NCBI GenBank assembly: GCA_947581835.1
Contig: CANPVV010000004.1
Location: forward strand, 1 to 63,531
Length of the DNA: 63,531 nt
Direction of reading: 5' to 3'
From: an uncultured Bacilli bacterium
GTDB taxonomy: Bacteria; Bacillota_I; Bacilli_A; RF39; UBA660
Under the pieces are notes generated by a model that had not been told where the DNA came from, made no database searches, and saw nothing but the letters and a program-made list of their open reading frames with translations. Position 1 is the first letter of the stretch. The number at the start of each line of letters is the position of its first letter. Made by a program: the position numbers and the translations under genes. Shown here one piece after another: positions 53,683 through 63,531 of the stretch.

Positions 53683-54225
53683 ATGAATTTCTTTTCAATG
53701 GTTTTAATTATAGTAATTATTTTAGCTTTAGGAGGTATCTTTTATATTCAGGCTTTTAATAAACTAAATGATTTAAAAACTAAATTAGAAGAAGCTGAAA
53801 ATATTATTGATGAGAATCTGCGACTTAAATATGATGCTTTAATTAGACTAAGTAATTCACTTAAAAAATTAATGAAAGATAATAAAAATTATTTTAAAGA
53901 ATATGAAAAATTAAAGGATATGAATATATCAAACTTTGATATGGATCGTAAATTAAATGAAGGATTAACGCTTATTTTAAAAGTTCAGGAAGATTTAAAT
54001 TTAGAAGATGATGAAGATATTAATAAAGAGTTAGAAAATATAAAACGTTTAGATGAAAAATTAACCGCGACTAAAAATTATTATAATAAAAATACTAGTT
54101 TAGAAAATGCAATTGTAAGGAAGTTTCCAACTAATATAATTGCTAAAATTCATAAATTCAAAGTTAAATTATTCTTTGATGGAAAAGATATGGATGATGA
54201 AATAATAGACGACTTTAAAATGTAG
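53683..54225 (+). CDS. LemA-family protein
   Basis: An N-terminal TM helix followed by the FNKLNDLKTKLEEAENIID pattern. Confidence 0.7.
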   Translation: MNFFSMVLIIVIILALGGIFYIQAFNKLNDLKTKLEEAENIIDENLRLKYDALIRLSNSLKKLMKDNKNYFKEYEKLKDMNISNFDMDRKLNEGLTLILKVQEDLNLEDDEDINKELENIKRLDEKLTATKNYYNKNTSLENAIVRKFPTNIIAKIHKFKVKLFFDGKDMDDEIIDDFKM

Positions 54226-54258
54226 TCGTCTATTTTATTTAAAAAAAAATTGAAGTAA

Positions 54259-54915
54259 TTAACTCCAATCGATTTCTTTTAGGCCATTTTTTCTTAAAAA
54301 TTCATTAGTTTTACTAAAAGGCTTTGAGCCAAAAAAGCCATATCTTGCCGCGAAAGGACTTGGATGAGGACTCATTAAGACTAAATGGCGAGGATTAGTT
54401 ATGAGACTAGCTTTTTCTTTAGCAAAATTACCCCATAAAATAAAGACTACAGGTTCTTCTTTTTCATTTAATAATCTAATAATATAATTAGTTAAGCGTT
54501 CCCAACCTAATTTTCGGTGAGAGGCCGGAGTATCTTTTACAACAGTTAAAACAGCATTAAGCATTAATACTCCATTTTTAGCCCAATTAGTTAAATCACC
54601 ATCATTTTTGGGTGGTATGCCTAAATCATCATATAATTCTTTATAAATATTTTGTAAGCTAGGAGGAACTTTTACTCCCTTTTGAACCGAGAAAGACAAG
54701 CCATGAGCCTCCCCTTCCCCATGATAAGGGTCTTGGCCTACTATTACGACTTTTGTATCTTTGTAACTGGTTAATTTTAAAGCCTCAAAAATATGATCTT
54801 TAGGAGGATAAATTGTTTTAGTTGCATATTCCTGTTCAACTATTTTGTAAAACTTTTTAAAGCCTTCACTTTCCCAGATTATTTTTAATTTTTCATCCCA
54901 ATCATTTCCAATCAT
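54259..54915 (-). CDS. ung: Uracil-DNA glycosylase, family 1
   Basis: Motifs VVIVGQDPYH, GVLMLNAVLTV and SPHPSPF. Confidence 0.93.
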   Translation of the reverse strand: MIGNDWDEKLKIIWESEGFKKFYKIVEQEYATKTIYPPKDHIFEALKLTSYKDTKVVIVGQDPYHGEGEAHGLSFSVQKGVKVPPSLQNIYKELYDDLGIPPKNDGDLTNWAKNGVLMLNAVLTVVKDTPASHRKLGWERLTNYIIRLLNEKEEPVVFILWGNFAKEKASLITNPRHLVLMSPHPSPFAARYGFFGSKPFSKTNEFLRKNGLKEIDWS

Positions 54916-54931
54916 TTTACTACACCTTTCT

Positions 54932-55369
54932 TTATTTATGATATGACTCGTGATTATTTATTTTAAAAGCCCGATAAATTTGTTCTAATAATACTCCTCT
55001 AAATAAACCATGAGGAAAAGTTAGTTTAGAAAAAGAGAGTTTATAATTACTCATTTCTTTTATACTTTTATCTAAACCAGTTGATGAACCAATAATAAAA
55101 GTAATTGTGCCATAATTATTAAAAGTTTTATCTATTAAATTAGCAAATTCTAGGCTGTCTAGTTCTTTTCCATCAATTTCTAAAGTAATTATATAATCAT
55201 TAGAATTAAGATATTTTTTAATATTTTTAGCCTCTATTTCTAAGTTTTCTTCATCTTTTAGTTCAATTAATAAACATTTATGATACTTATTAATTCGTTT
55301 TAAATAATCAGTGGTTAACTCTTTTAGATATTCTTCTTTTAATTTTCCTAAAACTATAATCTTAATCAT
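54932..55369 (-). CDS. rlmH: 23S rRNA (pseudouridine1915-N3)-methyltransferase
   Basis: SPOUT RlmH pattern (FIIGSSTGL, LSFSKLTFPH). Confidence 0.85.
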   Translation of the reverse strand: MIKIIVLGKLKEEYLKELTTDYLKRINKYHKCLLIELKDEENLEIEAKNIKKYLNSNDYIITLEIDGKELDSLEFANLIDKTFNNYGTITFIIGSSTGLDKSIKEMSNYKLSFSKLTFPHGLFRGVLLEQIYRAFKINNHESYHK

Positions 55370-56130
55370 ATTTCTACAACTTCACTTGCGACATCAGCTT
55401 TAGCGCATTTTATATCATCGAATAAAATATTGTAATCTTCAAAAACTTTTTTGATTTCATTTAAAGCAAGTTCTTCGGTATTGTTTTCTTTAGATAGATG
55501 CATTAAATATATTTTCTTTGTTTTATCGCCAATAAGTTTAGAAAGATAAACACCACAAGCATTATTACTTAAATGACCATAGTCGGATAGTACTCTTTTT
55601 TTAAGCCAATCAGGATAGGAACCATGTTCCAACTTTTCAATGTCATGATTACTTTCAAAAAGATAGATATCTTTATTTTCTAAGTATTTAAAATTTTTAT
55701 AATTAACATAACCGGTATCGGTAACGTATACGACTGATTTATTGTTACTTTCAAAAATGAAGTTTCGGGAATCGGTGGCATCATGAGAAGAGTGAATGCA
55801 TTTAACGCGGAGATTATCTAATATTACTTCATCCTCATAGATTAAGATATGCTCATAATCATGAATATCATTTAATTCTTGAAACATAGGATTACTTATA
55901 ACAATTGTGGGGTGATACTTTTTTAGAAATGTTTTGAGGGCTGATATATGGTCATCATGAAGATGACTGATAAAAATATAGTTTATTTCTTCGGCAGAAA
56001 CTCCGATTTCTTTTAGTTTATCAACGATATATTTTCGATTTTTTCCAATATCAATTAATATTTTATATTTATCAGTTTCAATATAAGTTGAATTACCCCC
56101 TGAACCACTGGCTAAAACGCAGACTTTCAT
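55366..56130 (-). CDS. MBL-fold metallo-hydrolase, YycJ/WalJ-like
   Basis: Motifs MKVCVLASGSGGNSTYIE and SHLHDDH. The yycJ-rlmH neighbourhood is conserved, as in Bacillus. Confidence 0.8.
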   Translation of the reverse strand: MKVCVLASGSGGNSTYIETDKYKILIDIGKNRKYIVDKLKEIGVSAEEINYIFISHLHDDHISALKTFLKKYHPTIVISNPMFQELNDIHDYEHILIYEDEVILDNLRVKCIHSSHDATDSRNFIFESNNKSVVYVTDTGYVNYKNFKYLENKDIYLFESNHDIEKLEHGSYPDWLKKRVLSDYGHLSNNACGVYLSKLIGDKTKKIYLMHLSKENNTEELALNEIKKVFEDYNILFDDIKCAKADVASEVVEI

Positions 56131-56131
56131 G

Positions 56132-57634
56132 TTAACCTCGATAAAGTCGCATTGGGTCAAAATAGTTGGTTTGACTACCTTGCGCAACAGCAAAGTGAAG
56201 ATGAACACCAGTAGAAGAACCCGAATTACCCATTGTACTTATTTTTTGACCTCTTGTAACTGTATCCCCTACTTTGACATACATAGTTTGAGTTAGATGG
56301 GCATATCTGGTATAATAACCATTTTCATGTTCAATAAGTATAGAATTACCCATTCCCCCACCACATGGATCTCCATAACCTTTACCACGACTTGGGCAAC
56401 TGTTAGAGACTAAGACTACTTTACCATCGCCAACGGCATAAATTGGAGAGTTAAAGTTACCAGCACCAGAAATATCCATACCTTGATGCATTTTTCCCCA
56501 ACGCCAACCATAGTTACTAGTAATAACGTATCCTTTATTGGTAGGCCAACCCCAGTCACCAGTTACAACAACTGGATTATTTGGAATATAAGGATTATCA
56601 TTTCTTGTTCCAATAGTTGTAACTTGATTGATAGTTTCTCTAATTACCTCGGTAGATATAATTTCAACACCTTGGTCTTGAACACCATTGGTTACGGCAT
56701 ATCTTTCAGTTACACGGTTAATACCATTTTGACCAGGAGTAGTGATTTCTTTATAAGTGGTGGGTTTAGAACTATCTTTTTTAGTTTCAGGAACATAGTA
56801 ATCCCACTCATCAGATATTTTATATACGTCATAAACAAAAGTAAGTTGAGGGTCAATTAAGGTAACATTTACAGTATCCCCTACTCTAAGTAGGGAATCT
56901 TTACTTTTATATTTAGTATTGGCTGTTAAAAATTCTTCAGGATTAAGTTTATTATCATTAGAAACAGATTCAATAGTATCTCCAAGTTTTACAGTATAAG
57001 TTTTAGTTTCAGGATTATCTCCAAATAATAAAAATTGGGTTAATTCTAATTCGTCAGTAAATATTTTATCTTGAACACTGATAAAATCTTCTTTAATTTC
57101 AATATCTTCAAGAAATTGCATATCTTCAATAATTCTTCCTGTTTCAATTATTTCACTTTGATTATTATTTATATATTTTTCATATTCGTCTTCATCAAGA
57201 AAAGCACGAACAAATCTTTTGGCAGCATTATAAAAAACTTCTTTATCTATGACATTTACACCATAAGAATTATCTTCACCTCTAATAATTACTCGGTAAC
57301 CTTTAATTGTAAAATCATCTTTTTCTTCAATTTTTTTATATACTTCTTCCTCATTATCAACTTTACTATTAAAAGTATTGGTTTTAACTATTCTTAAATT
57401 GGTTGGTGGATAAACATTTTTAACATTATATTCATTTTTGATAGAACTTTGATTATCATCTATTAAACTGTATAATTTATCTTCATCTTTAATAACTCCA
57501 ATAATATTACCATTTAAATAGACTTGATAAAAAGAATTAACCTCTTCATAGACTTTATCTCCTAAATGACATACTATTAAGATTAAACCAATTATTAATG
57601 TAATCAAAATTGTTAATATATTTCTTCTATTCAT
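56132..57634 (-). CDS. M23-family peptidoglycan metalloendopeptidase
   Basis: N-terminal TM anchor, a LysM-like segment, and the C-terminal HQGMDISG...GNSGSSTGVHLHF. Confidence 0.85.
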   Translation of the reverse strand: MNRRNILTILITLIIGLILIVCHLGDKVYEEVNSFYQVYLNGNIIGVIKDEDKLYSLIDDNQSSIKNEYNVKNVYPPTNLRIVKTNTFNSKVDNEEEVYKKIEEKDDFTIKGYRVIIRGEDNSYGVNVIDKEVFYNAAKRFVRAFLDEDEYEKYINNNQSEIIETGRIIEDMQFLEDIEIKEDFISVQDKIFTDELELTQFLLFGDNPETKTYTVKLGDTIESVSNDNKLNPEEFLTANTKYKSKDSLLRVGDTVNVTLIDPQLTFVYDVYKISDEWDYYVPETKKDSSKPTTYKEITTPGQNGINRVTERYAVTNGVQDQGVEIISTEVIRETINQVTTIGTRNDNPYIPNNPVVVTGDWGWPTNKGYVITSNYGWRWGKMHQGMDISGAGNFNSPIYAVGDGKVVLVSNSCPSRGKGYGDPCGGGMGNSILIEHENGYYTRYAHLTQTMYVKVGDTVTRGQKISTMGNSGSSTGVHLHFAVAQGSQTNYFDPMRLYRG

Positions 57635-58985
57635 AACTTATATCACCCATATTTTCTGTATTTAAATAATTTTTAAAATTACTCATATTAAGTTCAAATA
57701 ATAATTTATATAAGCCGGTTGCTCCTTTTCTATGTTTTGCAATAATAACGTCGATAGGAACAATATTTTCTTTTTTTTCACTTTTAGCCTCATAGTAATC
57801 TTTCCTATTTAAAAATATTACTAAATCGGCATCTTGTTCCAAAGAACCTGATTCTCTTAAATCTACTAAAGCTGGTTCTTTATTTTCTCTTTTATCGACA
57901 CTACGAGAAAGTTGGGCTAAAGCAATTACTGGAACGTCAAGTTCTAAAGCCATAGTTTTTAAACTACGAGATATTTCAGCAACCTCAACTTGTCTTGATT
58001 CAATACGTGTAGAACCAGTGGTTACAAGTTGTAAATAATCTATTACAACTAAACCTAAACCTTTACCCTCATTTGCTAGCCGACGACATTTAGCTTTAAT
58101 CTCCGGAGAAGTGATACTGGCATTGTCTTCAATATAGATATTGGTAGAGGCAAGTTTACTCATAGCCTCATTGTATCTTTTCCAATCATTGTGTTCCATT
58201 TTACCAGTGTTAAGTTTGTAGGAGTCTATTCCTCCAATACTAGAAATCATACGATTTACAAGCATTTCGGCCGACATTTCAAGATTAAATATAGCAACAG
58301 CTTTATCAGTAGAAAAAGCCGCATTAGTAGCAATATTAAGAGCAAAAGCAGTTTTTCCCATACCTGGACGAGCAGCTAAAATAATAAGTTCGCCACCATG
58401 AAGACCGGCGGTTACACGATCTAAATCATAAAAACCAGTCCTAATACCTGTGATATCACTTTTGTTTTTAGCAAGTTCCTCTAATCTTTCTTGAGCTCGT
58501 CTTAAGATTTCATGAATTGGGACAAATTCAGTAGTTTGTCTTGCTTTAACTACATTTAAAATATTTCTTTCGGCGCCATCAAGTAGGCCTGTTACGTCTT
58601 CCTCATTATAAGAGTTAGTTATAATATCAGTGGCGGTATTAATTAATCTTCTTCTGATAGCTAATTCTTTTAATATTTTAATATAATAATTTAAATTAGC
58701 AGTGGTAACAACACTATCAATAACCTCTGTTAAATAAGATATACCCCCTACTTCATTTAAAACTTTCTTTTTATCTAATTCAGCTTTAACAGTCATTAAA
58801 TCAATAGGACTATTCTCTTTATATAAATCAATAATTGCTTTAAATATAGTTCTATTTTTTTCATTATAAAACATATCTTCTGTTACAGTATCATTAATAA
58901 TTTCTAATTTTTCTTGGTCTAAAAAGGCAACCCCTAAAACACTCATCTCTGCTTCTAAATCATGAGGTAATGTTCTACTAGCCAT
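57627..58985 (-). CDS. dnaB: Replicative DNA helicase (DnaB family; DnaC in Bacillus nomenclature)
   Basis: Motifs LPHDLEAEMSVLG, Walker A ARPGMGKTAF, and IDYLQL. Confidence 0.95.
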   Translation of the reverse strand: MASRTLPHDLEAEMSVLGVAFLDQEKLEIINDTVTEDMFYNEKNRTIFKAIIDLYKENSPIDLMTVKAELDKKKVLNEVGGISYLTEVIDSVVTTANLNYYIKILKELAIRRRLINTATDIITNSYNEEDVTGLLDGAERNILNVVKARQTTEFVPIHEILRRAQERLEELAKNKSDITGIRTGFYDLDRVTAGLHGGELIILAARPGMGKTAFALNIATNAAFSTDKAVAIFNLEMSAEMLVNRMISSIGGIDSYKLNTGKMEHNDWKRYNEAMSKLASTNIYIEDNASITSPEIKAKCRRLANEGKGLGLVVIDYLQLVTTGSTRIESRQVEVAEISRSLKTMALELDVPVIALAQLSRSVDKRENKEPALVDLRESGSLEQDADLVIFLNRKDYYEAKSEKKENIVPIDVIIAKHRKGATGLYKLLFELNMSNFKNYLNTENMGDISYE

Positions 58986-58993
58986 AATTCCTC

Positions 58994-59434
58994 CTACTTA
59001 CTTAAATTTACTTTAATTTTAAATGTAACCTCTTTATGAAGGGCTATTTCTACTTCATGAACTCCTAAAGTATCAATATCTCTGTTTAGTTTGATACACT
59101 TTTTATCGATATTAAAACCTTTATTTTTAAGTTCTTCTTGAATTTGTTTACTGGATATTTTACCAAATATTTTATCCTCTTTACCAGCTTTAACTTTAAA
59201 ATTAAGCATAGTATTTTCTAAAGAGTTTCTAATACTCTTAAATTCTTTTATTTTAAGTTGTTCTAAAGTATTTCTTTCATCTATTTGTTCATCTAATACT
59301 TCTTTACTTTTTTTAGTATATAAAACTGCTAATTTATTTTTAAATAAATAATTATTTGCATAACCATCACTAACTTCAATAACTTGGTCTTTTTTACCTA
59401 GTTTTTTAATATCACTTAATAAGATAACTTTCAT
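58994..59434 (-). CDS. rplI: 50S ribosomal protein L9
   Basis: MKVILLSDIKKLGKKDQVIEVSDGYANNYL, in the conserved rplI-dnaB arrangement. Confidence 0.93.
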   Translation of the reverse strand: MKVILLSDIKKLGKKDQVIEVSDGYANNYLFKNKLAVLYTKKSKEVLDEQIDERNTLEQLKIKEFKSIRNSLENTMLNFKVKAGKEDKIFGKISSKQIQEELKNKGFNIDKKCIKLNRDIDTLGVHEVEIALHKEVTFKIKVNLSK

Positions 59435-59475
59435 AAAAACTATCCTTTCTAGTTTAAAAAACTACTTAATAGTAG

Positions 59476-60045
59476 TTAATTTTTTCGAGAAAATACAATT
59501 AAACAGACAAAACCTATAACAAGTACTCCAAAGACACCAAAAACTATATAGGTTGCAACAGGATTGTTTCCATATAATTGGTCGATAGTTAAAGCTTTAA
59601 ACTTTAAATCTCTATTTTCTTTTTTTAGTTTAGCGGCTTGTTCACTTACAATATCTGTATATTCTTCTTCACCATTTAAGTATTTATTAGCCATACTTAT
59701 AACAGAGTTTAAATCTTCTAAAGTGGGATTCATACCTATTTTATAATCAGTTCCAACAACTATAAATGGAACACTATCTAAACTATTATCTGGTACACCT
59801 ACAGCTTTAGCAACAGCTTGGTGTAATCTTTCATTATGAGTATTTTTCCATACTTCATAAGTTACTATTTTAATTTTAGCATCTATTTTATCTTTATTAT
59901 TATTAATAAAATCTAATGATTCTTCACAGTGTGGACAGGTATTTCCTCTAAAAAAGTAAACAGTAACCTCATCAAGAGCATAGACATTATTTATACCTAG
60001 TACCATTACTAAAAGCATAGTTATTAATAATAAATATTTTTTCAT
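59476..60045 (-). CDS. Secreted thioredoxin-fold protein with C-terminal TM anchor
   Basis: Signal peptide, CxxC motif TCPHCEES and a C-terminal hydrophobic helix. Confidence 0.7.
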   Translation of the reverse strand: MKKYLLLITMLLVMVLGINNVYALDEVTVYFFRGNTCPHCEESLDFINNNKDKIDAKIKIVTYEVWKNTHNERLHQAVAKAVGVPDNSLDSVPFIVVGTDYKIGMNPTLEDLNSVISMANKYLNGEEEYTDIVSEQAAKLKKENRDLKFKALTIDQLYGNNPVATYIVFGVFGVLVIGFVCLIVFSRKN

Positions 60046-60137
60046 ATTACTTCACCTTCATAAAAAATTATAACAAATCTTAAACTTATAGTAAAGGGTT
60101 TTAATAAAAAAAGCCTTTGAAAATCAAAGACTATATA

Positions 60138-61448
60138 TTAAGGAGTAAGTGATACTTCAAATGGATTATCTGCTGAACCATCTCCAGTTTCAGTAAATGG
60201 AGTGTTAGCTTTTAGGTTTATTACTGGACGGATACCCCAAGTGCCATTCATGTTGTTGAGGCTACCATCACTATTCACACGGAACACGAAAGCATTACCG
60301 TTGCCAAAGCTATATGGAGACATTGTCCAGTAATAACTACCATTATGTAGCCAATAATATGTATTTGAAGTACTATATACTGCTCCAGCATACATTACTT
60401 CATCGGCTGTGATTAGTCCTATTGGATTTGTTAATGCCTTATTTCCTTTTTCACTTCCATTTTTTGTAAATAAATCATTATCCTGTGGACACTTAAATGT
60501 TGGTTTTTTATTTGTTATTCTTATATATGCTCCATAATATGTTGTTCCACTACTTCCAAAACCATGACCGCTTGTATCCGGACTTCCATCAGTAGTACTT
60601 GCATATGGTGTTCTATCATTACAAAATCCTGCATTTTCATCTAATAAATCTTTATATTGCGCTGGAAAACTATTACCTTCATACCATGCATTTAATCTTG
60701 TAAGTATGTTGCTTTTATTTGTATTTGTAGTAGCATCTGCATAATTGTTAGAAGCATCTCCATACATAAATCCTACATATTTATTATCAGTCCTAGTTGT
60801 ATTATACGCCACACTAGATTCAGCTATTCCTGTATCTTCTACACTTGTTCCATTATATATTAATCTTATTGTTCCATCTCCATTTATTCGAATTATTCGC
60901 CAATATGAACTTCCCATTTTTACCCAATTGTTTACCGAATTTTTACCACCCCTAAAATAATAGGTTTTCCCATCATTATCTACTCCCTCACATAAATAAG
61001 CTACTTCAGAAATTTCATTTGTTAATTCTTCTGTTGGTAATCCGTCTTCTCCTATTGCTGGACAGCCTTCATCTGTTGTATTTACTGTTAAATTAAATTT
61101 ATCAAGTGTTTGTTCTGATTCTGTTAGCTTTTTAAAATATAAATAACACTTTAAATCTTTTTTGGTTATGTTGGTTAGTTCTACTTCCCAATTCTTACTA
61201 TCCCAACTTATTGTTGTATCTCCATCACATACACTTGAAGTAGTATCTAGGGTGTAGCCTGTTCCTTTGTCTGGTATTTTTTCAGAGTATATGTAGGCTC
61301 CATTATCCTGCTCTAAATAAACACCTATTTTATTACCTTTGATAATATCATTAGTTATATATATATTTTCTTCTAAAGAATTATTATATATATTTATAGT
61401 TATTATACTTAATACTCCTATTAAACTTAAAACAATCCATTTTTTCAT
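60138..61448 (-). CDS. Secreted/anchored protein, paralogue of the C-terminal region of 21021-22982
   Basis: Shared blocks: YYFRGG..NNWV, YWRIIRINGDGTIRLIY, GFCNDRTPY, GLITADEVMYAG, YWTMSP, IRPVINLKANTPF, GDGSADNPF. Confidence 0.75.
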   Translation of the reverse strand: MKKWIVLSLIGVLSIITINIYNNSLEENIYITNDIIKGNKIGVYLEQDNGAYIYSEKIPDKGTGYTLDTTSSVCDGDTTISWDSKNWEVELTNITKKDLKCYLYFKKLTESEQTLDKFNLTVNTTDEGCPAIGEDGLPTEELTNEISEVAYLCEGVDNDGKTYYFRGGKNSVNNWVKMGSSYWRIIRINGDGTIRLIYNGTSVEDTGIAESSVAYNTTRTDNKYVGFMYGDASNNYADATTNTNKSNILTRLNAWYEGNSFPAQYKDLLDENAGFCNDRTPYASTTDGSPDTSGHGFGSSGTTYYGAYIRITNKKPTFKCPQDNDLFTKNGSEKGNKALTNPIGLITADEVMYAGAVYSTSNTYYWLHNGSYYWTMSPYSFGNGNAFVFRVNSDGSLNNMNGTWGIRPVINLKANTPFTETGDGSADNPFEVSLTP

Positions 61449-61647
61449 ATACTATCCCTTACTTTTTTAATATATTACAACATTTTAGTAAATTTTTCAT
61501 TATATTCGACAAAACAAGTCAAAATGTTATATATTTTGTTATATATTTATATTACAATAATTATTAAAAAAATTCAATATCTTTATAGTTATATTTTTAT
61601 AGAAATAAACATATTGTTAAGTAGAAAGTTTGAAAGATGGTGAATTT

Positions 61648-63126
61648 ATGGAAAAAAAAGAATTACTTAAATCCATATCAAGTCGCGGTAATGGAAGTAT
61701 ATATCTTGGGGTTGTGGGGGCTGTTCGGACAGGTAAATCAACTTTTATTAAAAGATTTATTGAGAATTTAGTAGTACCTAATATTACTGATGAATATGAA
61801 AGAAAACATTGTTTAGATGAAATTCCTCAGAGTGCACAGGGAAAAGCAATTATGACTACAGAACCTAAATTTGTTCCTTCTAATGGGGCAATTGTGCAAG
61901 TAGATGAGTTTAAAACTAATATTAAATTAGTTGATTGTGTAGGATTTATTGTACCTGGAGCTACTGGTTATGAAGATGAAGATGGAAATCCCAGAATGGT
62001 TAAGACACCTTGGTTTGAAGATTCCATTCCTTTTATTGAGGCTGCCGAAATTGGAACAGAAAAAGTAATAAAAGATCACGCAACAATTGGTATCGTTATA
62101 ACCTCTGATGGTTCTTTTGGGGAAATATCACGGAATAATTATATGGAAGCTGAGGCTAAAGTAATTACAGAATTAAAAGAAATTGGAAAACCATTTATTG
62201 TTATTTTAAATAGTATTCACCCTACTAACACGGAGACTATTAGACTGGCAAGAGAACTTGAAGAAACTTATGAGGTTCCGGTTTTACCTATTAGCGCAGA
62301 AAAAATGAATGAAATTGAAATCATGGAAATATTAAAAAAAGCATTATATGAATTTCCAGTTATTGATATCGAAATTAAAATACCAGAATGGATAGATGCT
62401 TTACCTAAAACTCATGAAATAAAAGTACATTATTTAGAAAAAATTAAAGAAAGTGTTATAAGTGTAGAGAAAATTAAAGATATTGATTATATTTTAGAAC
62501 ATTTTCAAGATAGTCCTTATATAGCTAAATCTTATATTAGTAATTTAGATACCGCGACTGGAACTGTAACTATTAATTTAGAAGCAACTGAGGAATTATA
62601 TAATGAGACTTTAAAAGATATTATGGGAGAAAGTGCAACTTCAAAGGCTGGTTTAATTAGAATATTTGCTAATTATAAAGAATCAAAAGAAGAAATGGAT
62701 GCGATTAAAACAGCTTTAAATGTAGCAAGACAATCAGGTTATGGAATAGTTTATCCAACTATTAAGGATATGAAATTAGAAACACCAGAAGTAGTTAAAC
62801 AAGGCTCGAGATTTGGGGTTAAACTAAAAGCAACGGCATCTTCTGTTCATCTTATGAAAGTTGAAGTTCAATCAACTTTTGAGCCTATTATAGGTTCAGA
62901 ACAACAAAGTAAAGAATTAATTAATTATTTAATGAAAGATTATGAAAAAGATCCTAATTCTATTTGGCAAAGTGAAATATTTGGAAGAAGTTTAGAGGCA
63001 ATAGTGCAAGAAGGAATACAAGCAAAACTTTCAATGATGCCGGATGCTACTAGATATAAATTAAGTCAAACCGTAACTAAGATTGTTAATAAAGGAGCTA
63101 ATAACTTAATTGCAATAGTTTTATAG
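61648..63126 (+). CDS. spoIVA: Stage IV sporulation protein A
   Basis: IYLGVVGAVRTGKSTFIKRF (Walker A) and full-length collinearity with SpoIVA. The start follows GATGGTGA. Confidence 0.92.
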   Translation: MEKKELLKSISSRGNGSIYLGVVGAVRTGKSTFIKRFIENLVVPNITDEYERKHCLDEIPQSAQGKAIMTTEPKFVPSNGAIVQVDEFKTNIKLVDCVGFIVPGATGYEDEDGNPRMVKTPWFEDSIPFIEAAEIGTEKVIKDHATIGIVITSDGSFGEISRNNYMEAEAKVITELKEIGKPFIVILNSIHPTNTETIRLARELEETYEVPVLPISAEKMNEIEIMEILKKALYEFPVIDIEIKIPEWIDALPKTHEIKVHYLEKIKESVISVEKIKDIDYILEHFQDSPYIAKSYISNLDTATGTVTINLEATEELYNETLKDIMGESATSKAGLIRIFANYKESKEEMDAIKTALNVARQSGYGIVYPTIKDMKLETPEVVKQGSRFGVKLKATASSVHLMKVEVQSTFEPIIGSEQQSKELINYLMKDYEKDPNSIWQSEIFGRSLEAIVQEGIQAKLSMMPDATRYKLSQTVTKIVNKGANNLIAIVL

Positions 63127-63173
63127 GAAACTAAAAGTACTAAATTTTTGTTTAGTACTTTTTACTTTTCTTA

Positions 63174-63377
63174 TTATCTTGTTTTTGATGCTTCTTCTAT
63201 AGCTAGTTTTTTATTTATACTTCCTAGCTCAGCATTTAATCTTTGTAAATAATTATAAGCATTACCATCATTTAGAGAGGCACTTAATTCATTTACCATG
63301 TTAGCTTTTTTTAGTTCAATTAATAGTTCAAGTTCTTCTTTAATAGTTAATAGTCTTATTCTTTCAGAATTATCCAT
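63174..63377 (-). CDS. Small coiled-coil protein, function unknown
   Basis: 67-aa ORF with a GAAAGGGG RBS and an upstream promoter. Confidence 0.5.
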   Translation of the reverse strand: MDNSERIRLLTIKEELELLIELKKANMVNELSASLNDGNAYNYLQRLNAELGSINKKLAIEEASKTR

Positions 63378-63408
63378 TTTAAATATTCCCCTTTCAAATA
63401 TGGGTTTT

Positions 63409-63437
63409 ATAATAACATAAAATGGTTATTTTGTCAA
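63409..63437 (-). promoter_or_regulatory. Promoter TTGACA-N17-TATTAT (minus strand)
   Basis: The plus strand reads tgtcaa at 63432-37 and ataata at 63409-14, ~30 nt upstream of the 63377 start. Confidence 0.5.
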
Positions 63438-63531
63438 ATTTAGGTATTTACAAGGATGGTGTTTCCAAAGTGGGGAGATATAAAAAATTATTTTTTAATA
63501 AATAAAAATGGTTAGTAACCAAAAAATACTT

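Noticed and set aside
59476-59580. C-terminal NNPVAT plus hydrophobic helix plus SRKN as a possible SrtB-type sorting signal
   Set aside because: The motif does not match known SrtB signals (NPQTN, NPKTG, SPKTG). The simpler reading is a C-terminal membrane anchor.

Overview
This is a very AT-rich chromosomal segment from a low-GC, endospore-forming Bacillota member. The sporulation genes cse60, gerQ and spoIVA are present, and the tmRNA tag ends in AFAFA, as in Mollicutes. Most of the window is housekeeping backbone: trmB, tyrS, an M29 aminopeptidase, two RNase J paralogues, RNase Y, recA, ung, rlmH, a yycJ-like MBL hydrolase, an M23 peptidase, the replicative helicase, rplI, prs, trmL, sufB, a short SSB, a Ku/LigD pair, tmRNA and one tRNA-Gln. 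Accessory content includes an IS4/IS1634-like IS at the left edge and several repeat-rich surface proteins. A tmRNA-linked islet carries att-like direct repeats, an Abi_2 gene flanked by a duplicated leader, an extra UDG-superfamily gene, a miniaturised PolC-like protein and an acyltransferase-CapA-SGNH fusion. The most unusual locus lies at 23.0-24.8 kb. It holds two tandem ~855-bp modules, each with a double-HTH XRE regulator, a TGTCGAA direct-repeat operator and a promoter. Each module also has a ~250-nt RNA whose 5' and 3' ends pair, with compensatory changes between the two copies, enclosing a small hydrophobic ORF. This locus sits divergent from a gene for a secreted protein with a TasA/SipW-type signal peptide. 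All calls rest on reading the sequence and ORF translations and on remembered family motifs. No database search was run.
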